Assembly: GCA_965206845.1 (NCBI GenBank)
Contig: OZ242221.1
Location: 1,322,679-1,354,678, forward strand
Source of the DNA: Cenarchaeum sp.
GTDB taxonomy: Archaea; Thermoproteota; Nitrososphaeria; Nitrososphaerales; Nitrosopumilaceae
Reading direction: 5' to 3'
Length of the DNA stretch: 32,000 bases
Positions 17,822-25,031 of the stretch are shown here, piece by piece. The notes below the pieces were generated by a model, which did no database searches, had not been told where the DNA came from, and saw only the letters and a program-made list of their open reading frames with translations. How positions within the stretch are numbered: the first letter of the stretch is position 1; each line of letters opens with the position of its first letter. Made by a program: the position numbers and the translations under genes.

Positions 17822-18346
17822 ATGTTCTGGCCCGGAATGGGGGATCCCACAAAACGAAGAAAGACCTTAAAGTTTCTGCTGATGACTGCCGTAATCGCAA
17901 TATCCGTGGGGGCTGCCAGCAGCCTGATCCAGGGCCAGATCTTCAAGGACGATCCCCTCAAGGTGTGCATTAACGACAGGGATACGCCGTACAAGATCTC
18001 TGCGGTTCTGGAGCTCTACGTTGATGGTCAGCGGGCGGTCATTCCTGCAAATGTTGGAGCCGGAGAGAACGAGTGCCAGCGTTCCTTGTATACCACGACA
18101 GATGACGGGACCATATATGCCGAGTGGGAGAACCGGTACCCGTTTGAGATAGGTCACTTTCTCTGGATGTGGGAGTTTCCGCTAAGGGACATGGACGAGA
18201 CCAAGTCTAGAGTTCTGCTGAACGGGGAGGAGTCGCCCCAGTTCATCAACACGCCACTGATCGATGGGGCAACGTACCGGGCCGAGTTCACTACAAAGGC
18301 ACACGACGAGACAAAGGACACGGACTTTCTGCCTCCAGAATCCTGA
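17822..18346 (+). CDS. Membrane-anchored extracytoplasmic protein, conserved hypothetical
   Basis: 174 aa with the N-terminal anchor LKFLLMTAVIAISVGAASSL. The TATA-like CTTTAAGG lies about 24 nt upstream of the ATG. Confidence 0.75.
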   Translation: MFWPGMGDPTKRRKTLKFLLMTAVIAISVGAASSLIQGQIFKDDPLKVCINDRDTPYKISAVLELYVDGQRAVIPANVGAGENECQRSLYTTTDDGTIYAEWENRYPFEIGHFLWMWEFPLRDMDETKSRVLLNGEESPQFINTPLIDGATYRAEFTTKAHDETKDTDFLPPES

Positions 18347-18435
18347 TCCCGGCATGTCCTACAGGCACCTCCATCACCGTGATCAGAATACCTGCGTGTG
18401 CCTACATCCGGAGGCTACCTGAAAAAACCACCGGC

Positions 18436-18750
18436 TCAGTCGTCCATGATCTCAATGGTGTCGAACTGATCCTGCCTGTCTGCCAGAAAGTACGTGATCT
18501 CATCCGAATCTATCTCTACCCACTCAGACTCGCCGCGGTACGGCAGGAGATCCTCCACGAATATGTCTCCGGGGCCTGTCAGCCTGACTATTGCCCTCGG
18601 CCTTGCGAGGATCATGCCAGGGGGCAGCTTGAGCACCTTGCCTCTTCTCTGGTTCTGGATGTTGATCGAGTACACCTCGTCTCCCAGCTGGATCTTTCCA
18701 AAGAAGTAGCTCTGGAAGATATCGATCCTGTTTATCTTGAAACTGATCAT
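18436..18750 (-). CDS. Hypothetical cytoplasmic protein (104 aa)
   Basis: By hand count, the minus-strand frame has about three quarters G/C at third codon positions. The overlapping plus-strand ORF 18379-18771 looks like an R/L-rich antisense shadow. Confidence 0.65.
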   Translation of the reverse strand: MISFKINRIDIFQSYFFGKIQLGDEVYSINIQNQRRGKVLKLPPGMILARPRAIVRLTGPGDIFVEDLLPYRGESEWVEIDSDEITYFLADRQDQFDTIEIMDD

Positions 18751-18810
18751 GCCTGTACTGTGTCGTACTGAGAAAAAACATTGATGGGTATGGTGTCCAA
18801 TGGACGACTT

Positions 18811-18834
18811 TAAGATAAAAGGAAAAGGTTTGGG
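18811..18834 (-). terminator. T-rich terminator of amoB, sharing a motif with the amoA terminator
   Basis: After the stop, the minus strand reads CCTCCCAAACCTTTTCCTTTTATCTTA. After the amoA stop the sequence is ATCCCCAACCTTTTCCTTTTCTATTTT. Confidence 0.5.
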
Positions 18835-18837
18835 AGG

Positions 18838-19407
18838 TTAGATTACTTGCCAGGGTCGTGTTGCGAACGTGATAACGTAGCCCACACCAATCAGAATTGA
18901 CTGATACATGATGTTGGTATACGGAATCTCCTTGAGGATGTATTCGCCTGTTACGACTACTGTCTGTCCTGGACCAAGTCCTGGACCTACTGTCGCGACG
19001 TTAAGCTGTGTGTGCACGTGGTATACTCCTGGCTCTAAGGCCATTGCGCAAACTCTGTATGGTACGATGCTGTTTCCGTCGATGTCAAATACGTTTCCTG
19101 GCGGATCTCTCTCCTGAATCTCCCATCTGTTACCTGCGTTGGTTGACTCTGAGAATATGGATGTCCATCCTCTCAGATCCCTCTCTACTAGGCTGTTCAG
19201 ATTGCCAGTTATGCAGAGCGTTTCACCGGTCTGCATAGATCCGCTGTTGAATGACTCATCTTCGATTCTGATGAAGCGACTCTGGAGTTGTGCCTGGACA
19301 CCGTGCGCCTCTGCCGATGGTAAGATGGTTTCAACCCAGTTGAAGCCAACTGTACCTAGGGTCAGTATTACGCCCAGTCCCAATACGATTAGTTTTTTAT
19401 TGATCAT
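18838..19407 (-). CDS. amoB: Ammonia monooxygenase subunit B (archaeal type)
   Basis: It has a signal peptide followed by AHGVQAQLQSRF. Other matches are RDLRGWTSIFSESTNAGNRWE, EPGVYHVHTQLNVATVGPGLGPGQ, and the C-terminal TFATRPWQVI. The ATG at 19407 lies 27 nt downstream of the TATA at 19434-19443. The track start at 19416 is a GTG. Confidence 0.93.
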   Translation of the reverse strand: MINKKLIVLGLGVILTLGTVGFNWVETILPSAEAHGVQAQLQSRFIRIEDESFNSGSMQTGETLCITGNLNSLVERDLRGWTSIFSESTNAGNRWEIQERDPPGNVFDIDGNSIVPYRVCAMALEPGVYHVHTQLNVATVGPGLGPGQTVVVTGEYILKEIPYTNIMYQSILIGVGYVITFATRPWQVI

Positions 19408-19433
19408 AGTTCCCACTTCTTAACAAACTGTGT

Positions 19434-19443
19434 GGATATAGAA
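19434..19443 (-). promoter_or_regulatory. amoB TATA box
   Basis: The minus strand reads TTCTATATCC, 27 nt upstream of the ATG at 19407. Confidence 0.5.
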
Positions 19444-19481
19444 CGTTATATGTTTTACCTTGATATCGGTAGATTTTGTAG

Positions 19482-19945
19482 TATGGGACGGATACTGGCG
19501 GGTACATCCTTCCCCACGCCGCATGATGCCCCTCCATTGTCTGCAGATCTGCAGCAGCTCCGCCACTTGGGCCGTACCTTGGACACAAGCGCCTGGCAGG
19601 CACCCGCACACCCTCCCGGTATGGCGACATGCGCGCTCCCGCAGTTGTACCGCCACGTGAGCAGATCTGCGAGATCGCTTCTGCGCATCAGCACCGTCTC
19701 GGACCCTAGCAGTACACACTGAATCCTTCTGTGTGGCCTCTGTTCTGCTGCTGGCTTGGGAATGTCTCGCGCATGCCGGAGTCCGGTGAACTCTCGACTC
19801 GATCGGCCACCCCTCAAGTTCTAATGCCTGCTCTTCCTTGCTTCTGACGTGCTGGTGCAGATCTGTGAACCGTGGTTGGTCGTCACTGAAGCCAGCCTCT
19901 TGTGGTTCTTATGGACTCTTCAGGATCCGATGTCTGTTTGTTGTC
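19482..19945 (-). pseudogene. Decayed 3' fragment of an IS481-like element related to the copy at 21117-22250
   Basis: DNA and peptide similarity to the intact copy:
- Terminus: TATGGGA... versus TGTGGGA...
- Shared CACGCCGCATGAT at 19515-19527 and 21145-21157
- Peptide LMRRSDLADLLTWRYNCGSAH versus LMRKSDPIDLFMQWYNHDRPH
- Peptide MSPYREGVRVPARRLCPRYGPSGGAAADLQTMEGHHAA versus MSLNRDERETPAQAFVRKMPPKGEAVIDEQTGEEYHAA
- DNA GACCAACCACGGTTCACAGATCTGCACC versus GACCGACCACGGCTCCCAGTTCTATGCC
Several frameshifts and stops are present. Confidence 0.75.
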
Positions 19946-20082
19946 GATGTTTAACAGCGGACAGAACGAAGTTTGTGTTGTAATTCCTTTGCCAATATAC
20001 GGGTATTTTTGTAAATTGTGGCATGTGTTATTGCGCATCTTGTAATAACATGGCACCAGATCTCATCCGTGGCTGACACCTG

Positions 20083-20092
20083 CTTTATATTC
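20083..20092 (+). promoter_or_regulatory. amoC TATA box
   Basis: CTTTATATTC lies 22 nt upstream of the ATG at 20114. Confidence 0.5.
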
Positions 20093-20113
20093 GAACCGCG
20101 GCGTACATATCAC

Positions 20114-20677
20114 ATGGCACAAATGCCCGCTCTAATCCCAAAAGAGGTCGAGATCCAGAGACTCAAGAAGATCTGGCTCATCGTCATCGCAATGGGATCA
20201 ACTGCAGCGTCGGTCGAGGTAGACAACTTTGTCGACGGTTCCCTGCACCAGACATCCATAAGAGACAGCGCGTTTACTCCTGCACACTGGTGGCTATACT
20301 CCCACTTTGTAGCACTGCCACTGGGCTGGGGCTCGGTCGCAATCTACGATAGAAGGGTGCCAGTACTCAGAGGCCCGAACAACTCGATGAACACGGGACT
20401 GAAGATGACCATCCTTGGTTATCTTGCGACCATGTTCACCATAGGCATCAATGAGATGTGGCACTTTTGGTTCGTGGAAGAGATCTTCGCGGTACCAAAC
20501 CACTGGATGTTCAACATGGGTGTAGTCGTGGCCTTTATGGGCGCACTCGCGTACGTCGTAAGGGTGTATGCGAGACTGGTCGAACTTGGCGCAGAGACAC
20601 CCGGTGAGAACCCGTACGTTGCAGAGATGTACAAGATGGCCCTTGAAGGCAAGCTGTACAGCCGCGCAATACCCTAA
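20114..20677 (+). CDS. amoC: Ammonia monooxygenase subunit C (archaeal type)
   Basis: It starts MAQMPALIPKEVEIQRLKK and is archaeal AmoC over its full length (VDNFVDGSLHQTSIRDSAFTP, NHWMFNMGVVVAFMGALAYVVRVYARLVELG). The track ORF starts 32 codons earlier at a GTG, which is unlikely. Confidence 0.93.
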   Translation: MAQMPALIPKEVEIQRLKKIWLIVIAMGSTAASVEVDNFVDGSLHQTSIRDSAFTPAHWWLYSHFVALPLGWGSVAIYDRRVPVLRGPNNSMNTGLKMTILGYLATMFTIGINEMWHFWFVEEIFAVPNHWMFNMGVVVAFMGALAYVVRVYARLVELGAETPGENPYVAEMYKMALEGKLYSRAIP

Positions 20678-20688
20678 ATGCGTAAGCA

Positions 20689-20705
20689 TTTTCTTTTATT
20701 TTTTC
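20689..20705 (+). terminator. Oligo-T terminator after amoC
   Basis: TTTTCTTTTATTTTTTC lies 12 nt after the stop codon. Confidence 0.45.
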
Positions 20706-21116
20706 ATGCAATGCCACGCGTACTGCGGCACGATCTCAGATCTTCTCCTGCCTAGATGCGGGTTTGCTTCGAGAGGCATAGGCTCAGGAGTGGATCACTT
20801 GCATCCTCCGGCAGTAGCGTGGTGGCAGTAACCGAACCCCAAATTCGCTCTGCTAGGCAGTGACTGGCATGCCAGGACTGGAAAAAGCAGTCGGCGCGTA
20901 GTGGATAGAACGCAGGGATCGAATCCAGATGGCCTTACTGGGGCAGCAGTGGCCGGGAGCACGACCTGCTGTCCCGGAACCGGCAGGCACAGGAACCAGA
21001 CTGCGTGGCCATGTCAGTATGGGATCAAATCCTACTCCATTCAGACACAAAAGCACATCTCGGAAGAATCTTTACGCCTGGCCAGTGCAACACGAGGTCT
21101 CGTGCCCATACGACTA

Positions 21117-22250
21117 TGTGGGATCCAGAAAGTAGTTCCCCCCTCACGCCGCATGATACTCCTCCCCCGTCTGCTCGTCAATAACGGCCTCTCCCTTTGG
21201 AGGCATCTTGCGCACAAACGCCTGGGCTGGCGTCTCCCGCTCGTCCCTGTTCAGTGACATGTGCGGCCTGTCATGATTGTACCACTGCATGAACAGATCT
21301 ATGGGATCGCTCTTGCGCATCAGCATTGCCTCAAACTCGGGCAGCTTGCGCCGGATCTTCCCGTACAGCCTCTCCAGCTTGCCGTTGGTCTGCGGGTGCT
21401 TGACGCGCGCCAGAATCTGGTGGATTCCCAGCCCGACCAGCCTCTTCTCGAAATCAGACGCCCCCTTCCTCTTTGCCTCTGACGCGTTGGCATAGAACTG
21501 GGAGCCGTGGTCGGTCATTATCGAAGCCGGCTTGCCGTGGTTCTTTATGGCCTCCTCCAGCACGGCCAGCGCGTTCTCCGTAGTGGCATGCTCAAGCGCC
21601 CCGTACCCGGTGACAAACCGCGAGGCGTCGTCCCCGTAGCACAGGAACCACCTGCCGTCGTCTGACAGCTTGAAGTCCGTGTGCCACATGGAGTTGGAGT
21701 AGGTGCGCTCGTAGCGGATCCACTTCCGTCTCTGGCTCTTCTTTGGCTGCCTGGATGCCAGATGCTCGTCCCTCAATATCTTGTGGTGGTGCTGTGGGGG
21801 ATATTTATTCCGGTGCTGTCCCTTATGCCGTCCTGCATGCCTGCAGCCCCCAGGTGCTCCCTGTAGCGGACAGAGAGCACTGCAGAGTGCTCCCGGCGGC
21901 CCGGGAGGCCGTTCTCGGGCCTGCCCATGCGTGCAGGATGGAGTATCTTGCCGGCATCCGCGTGCTTGTACCGGACCCAGAGCTTCTTGACCCAGCGCGT
22001 GGATACGTCCATGGTCTGGGCAACGTGGTTGGCGGTGGCCCCCTTTCGCTTCTGGGCTATGATCCACCTGACCTTGGATTCATCTAGTTTTTTCATTACA
22101 CGAACCCTTCGGCCGCCTATGTGTCTCCACAGCCTGGCGCATTCTGGCCGGATCCGAGCGCCTTCATTCCCGGTAAGGGAAACGCTCGCACTGTCTTTCA
22201 GACGTTTTGCTCCTTCCGACAGGGGGTGAACTACTTTTCGGACTACAGAC
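21117..22250 (-). mobile_element. IS481-like insertion sequence (about 1.13 kb) flanked by a 13 bp direct repeat
   Basis: The direct repeat GCCCATACGACTA occurs at 21104-21116 and 22251-22263. The imperfect terminal inverted repeats are TGTGGGATCCAGAAAGTAGTTCCCCCC (21117-21143) and the reverse complement of 22222-22247, TGTAGTCCGAAAAGTAGTTCACCCCC. Both begin with TGT. The element encloses an rve-type transposase. Confidence 0.8.
21144..22096 (-). pseudogene. HTH + rve (DDE integrase-core) transposase, IS481-like, interrupted by one frameshift near 21781-21795
   Basis: The N-terminal frame (21773-22096, MKKLDESKVRWIIAQKRKGATANHVAQTMDVSTRWVKK...) joins the C-terminal frame, which carries WHTDF, MTDHGSQF, and TNGKLERLYGKI. 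The frames switch inside CACAGCACCACCACAAG (..GINIPHST / HKILRDE..). Confidence 0.75.
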
Positions 22251-22301
22251 GCCCATACGACTAAGAAAGACTTAAAAGGATTCTGGATATTACAAATTCA
22301 A

Positions 22302-22664
22302 ATGACTCTTCCAAAAGGATTTGGCTCAGGTGGCGCTGGCGGAGCTGGACAAGCAGATGTAGAAAAGATGATCGGCAAGCGTGTCGAAAACATGACTGGT
22401 CTGATCACCATCTCATACATTGCAGCTTGGCTGGCTACCTTTGGCGGTACCGCAGCAGGATACTTCTACTATCCGTGGGCATACCCCACACCAAGCGGTC
22501 ACTATGCCTTCATTGTCCTAACAATAATTGAGGCGATTGGCTATCTGTTCTGCGTTAAAGTAATGCAGGAAGGATCCAACAAGAACAGTAATGGTGTTAT
22601 AGCGGTAACCCTCGCAGCAACTGCGGTGGGTACCGTGCTTATCTCACTGTTCGTAGGAAACTAG
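22302..22664 (+). CDS. amoX: AmoX, the small membrane protein encoded between amoC and amoA in AOA
   Basis: 120 aa with multiple hydrophobic segments. It occupies the conserved position immediately upstream of amoA, as in Nitrosopumilales amo clusters. Confidence 0.8.
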   Translation: MTLPKGFGSGGAGGAGQADVEKMIGKRVENMTGLITISYIAAWLATFGGTAAGYFYYPWAYPTPSGHYAFIVLTIIEAIGYLFCVKVMQEGSNKNSNGVIAVTLAATAVGTVLISLFVGN

Positions 22665-22674
22665 AGGGCTCAAT

Positions 22675-22694
22675 CTTCTGTTTTTCTCTTTTTC
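22675..22694 (+). terminator. Oligo-T terminator after amoX
   Basis: CTTCTGTTTTTCTCTTTTTC lies about 10 nt after the stop codon. Confidence 0.45.
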
Positions 22695-22706
22695 GTGTCA
22701 CAAGCT

Positions 22707-22934
22707 AGCTTCAGTAATCCCAGATGTGCCAGATCTAGCACCTGTGAGAGTTTAGATCACCTCCATCATGCCCATGAAGAGTTCAATTTGGCATGGGTCA
22801 AACCCTCGTATTCTGTCGTATGCGTCGTCATTTGTGTCTAAACCTACATGAAATGGCCAAAAATATCTGAGTGGGACCAGCCCCTCACTCAGTCAAATGG
22901 TGGCGACTTAACCTCTTACTGGCACATCTGGGAT
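22707..22934. repeat. MITE-like 228 bp element with near-perfect 25/26 bp terminal inverted repeats in the amoX-amoA spacer
   Basis: 22712-22732 (CAGTAATCCCAGATGTGCCAG) is the exact reverse complement of 22910-22930. AGCT extends both arms, with a 1 nt indel. An internal 9 bp hairpin is CTGAGTGGG...CCTCACTCAG. No coding capacity is evident. Confidence 0.6.
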
Positions 22935-23103
22935 TACTGAGCTTACATGCTGGGCTTGCTGTGGCCAGAACCGTGCTCCGGCCTGTTCTAGGACGTCTCT
23001 GCCCGGCAGAAGACTACCGATCTGGGGTATGGCGACCCTGCCGTATGGCAACACCTGATGCGCCGAGTCAGGCGTGGATTCCCATGCGACTCTCGCGCAG
23101 GCG

Positions 23104-23119
23104 TATAAAATTTTATATA
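23104..23119 (+). promoter_or_regulatory. amoA TATA box region
   Basis: TATAAAATTTTATATA ends 23 nt upstream of the ATG at 23142, consistent with a leaderless or very short-leader transcript. Confidence 0.55.
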
Positions 23120-23141
23120 CCAACCGTTCAGTCTACTAGTA

Positions 23142-23792
23142 ATGGTCTGGCTAAGACGTTGTACACACTACTTGTTCATAATAGTAGTTGCAGTAAACTC
23201 TACTCTGTTGACGATTAACGCAGGTGACTACATCTTCTACACTGACTGGGCATGGACTTCGTTTGTAATATTCTCTATATCGCAGACGTTGATGCTCGCT
23301 GTTGGTGCTACATACTACCTCACATTCACAGGCGTTCCAGGAACAGCTACGTACTACGCTCTGATAATGACGGTATACACGTGGATCGCAAAGGGTGCAT
23401 GGTTTGCACTGGGTTATCCATACGACTTTATCGTCACTCCAGTTTGGCTGCCATCGGCAATGCTGTTGGATTTGGCTTACTGGGCTACGAAGAGAAACAA
23501 ACACTCGCTGATCCTGTTTGGCGGGGTACTGGTAGGAATGTCATTGCCCCTGTTCAACATGGTAAACCTACTGACAGTTGCAGACCCACTAGAAACGGCG
23601 TTCAAATACCCGAGGCCAACACTGCCTCCGTACATGACCCCGATAGAACCCCAGGTGGGTAAGTTCTATAACAGCCCAGTAGCGTTGGGCGCGGGAGCTG
23701 GCGCAGTGTTGTCGGTGACGTTTACGGCGTTGGGTTGTAAGCTAACTACGTGGACGTATAGATGGATGGCCGCATGGTCAAAGTGGGACTAA
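23142..23792 (+). CDS. amoA: Ammonia monooxygenase subunit A (archaeal type)
   Basis: 216 aa. MVWLRRCTHYLFIIVVAVNSTLLTINAGDYIFYTDWAWTSF...RWMAAWSKWD is unmistakably archaeal (group I.1a-like) AmoA. Confidence 0.97.
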   Translation: MVWLRRCTHYLFIIVVAVNSTLLTINAGDYIFYTDWAWTSFVIFSISQTLMLAVGATYYLTFTGVPGTATYYALIMTVYTWIAKGAWFALGYPYDFIVTPVWLPSAMLLDLAYWATKRNKHSLILFGGVLVGMSLPLFNMVNLLTVADPLETAFKYPRPTLPPYMTPIEPQVGKFYNSPVALGAGAGAVLSVTFTALGCKLTTWTYRWMAAWSKWD

Positions 23793-23796
23793 ATCC

Positions 23797-23820
23797 CCAA
23801 CCTTTTCCTTTTCTATTTTG
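23797..23820 (+). terminator. T-rich terminator after amoA
   Basis: CCAACCTTTTCCTTTTCTATTTTG starts 5 nt after the stop codon. Confidence 0.5.
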
Positions 23821-23997
23821 TATCGTCTGAGGCTGTGCCTTGATGCAGCTTTTTGTTTGGATCCGTTCCCGCGCATGACTGCCCCGGGCGTATGATCCGG
23901 CCTGGACATCCCAGTTACCCCTAATCCAAAAAAAGTCAGTTTGGGATCAAGTTTTTTTTACATCCGGGATCATAACAAACTCTGACACTACTCTACA

Positions 23998-24852
23998 TTG
24001 ACGCAGCAGGTAGGGCAGCTGGATTCCCCAAAGCCGTTCGTAAAGTGGGCCGGCGGGAAGAGGCAACTGATCTCCGTAATCAACGCAAACATACCGCTCT
24101 CCTTTGGTACGTACTTTGAGCCCTTTCTGGGCGGCGGGGCGGTTCTGTTTCACCTGCTGTCCGCCAGGCAGTCTGTCGCTTGTCGAGTCTCGGATCTCAA
24201 CCCGGATCTGGTGCTGGCGTACGTGGCCATCCGGGACAGAGTGAATGCAGTAGTCTCTTCACTCAAGCGCCATGCAAAAGGGTACATGTCGGATCCGCGC
24301 GCGTACTATTACGGCGTGCGCAGCTCCGTGCCTGATGGCGGAGTCGAGAAGGCATCCCGCCTCATCTTCCTCAACCGCACCTGCTTTAACGGCCTGTACC
24401 GAGTAAACAGCCGTGGCATGTTCAACGTTCCGCTGGGAAAGTACGTAAACCCCAACATTGTAAACGAGGAGAACCTCCGTGCGGTGAGCAGATCCCTGCA
24501 GTCAGAGAGGGTGCAGATCTCCTGCGGGGACTTTGAGATTGCATGCAGCTCCATGCGACGTGGCGACTTTGTCTACTTTGACCCTCCATACCAGCCAGTC
24601 AGCAGGACTGCCAGCTTTACCGGCTACACCCGCCAAGACTTTGGCGCAACAGATCTCAAGCGCCTAGTCGATCTCTGTCATGCCTTGGACTCCCGGGGAT
24701 GCCACGTACTACTGTCAAACTCCAACTTGCAGGAGATTGCAGATCACTTTGACGGGGACTGGGAGGTGACAACAGTCAGCGCCAACCGTTGCATCAACTC
24801 ATCTGGAGCAGGGAGAGCCGGGCATACCGAGCTCATGATAAGAAACTATTGA
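23998..24852 (+). CDS. Dam-family (D12 class) N6-adenine DNA methyltransferase
   Basis: Motifs are FVKWAGGKRQL, EPFLGGGAV (SAM binding), and FDPPY (catalytic). It apparently uses a TTG start at 23998, with no in-frame ATG before KWAGGK. Its stop codon directly abuts the 3' end of tRNA-Thr. Confidence 0.85.
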   Translation: MTQQVGQLDSPKPFVKWAGGKRQLISVINANIPLSFGTYFEPFLGGGAVLFHLLSARQSVACRVSDLNPDLVLAYVAIRDRVNAVVSSLKRHAKGYMSDPRAYYYGVRSSVPDGGVEKASRLIFLNRTCFNGLYRVNSRGMFNVPLGKYVNPNIVNEENLRAVSRSLQSERVQISCGDFEIACSSMRRGDFVYFDPPYQPVSRTASFTGYTRQDFGATDLKRLVDLCHALDSRGCHVLLSNSNLQEIADHFDGDWEVTTVSANRCINSSGAGRAGHTELMIRNY

Positions 24853-24925
24853 AGCCCCGAACGGGATTTGAACCCGCGGCCTTTACCTTACCAAGGTAAC
24901 GCTCTACCGGCTGAGCTATCAGGGC
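24853..24925 (-). tRNA. tRNA-Thr (anticodon GGU)
   Basis: Hand-folded cloverleaf: acceptor GCCCTGA/TCGGGGC, D arm GCTC-AGCCGGTA-GAGC, anticodon arm TTACC-TTGGTAA-GGTAA, T arm GCGGG-TTCAAAT-CCCGT. The TATA AATTATAAGG lies about 30 nt upstream. Confidence 0.9.
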
Positions 24926-25031
24926 ACCTCTCTACTTGGACTGTCCAAATCCTTATAATTCTTGATTATTTCCCGGCGCATGCGATCACCCGCACCACGT
25001 AATGTGTGAAAACCCGACCGGCACCCTAAAT

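Noticed and set aside
19397-19817. Three overlapping minus-strand ORFs (77, 99 and 120 aa) between amoB and amoC as possible small genes
   Set aside because: Together they are the frameshifted pieces of the decayed IS481-like transposase fragment, not independent genes.
20018-20113. 32 aa N-terminal extension of the amoC ORF (GTG start)
   Set aside because: Archaeal AmoC begins MAQMPALIPKE. The TATA box at 20083-20092 lies inside the extension.
20895-20926. tRNA-like fragment (GCGT-AGTGGATAGA-ACGC D-arm-like hairpin followed by GGGATCGAATCC) in the amoC-IS spacer
   Set aside because: I could build no acceptor stem or anticodon arm, and the T-arm-like part has only a 2-4 bp stem. It might be a degraded tRNA remnant or chance similarity, and it is not supportable as a gene.
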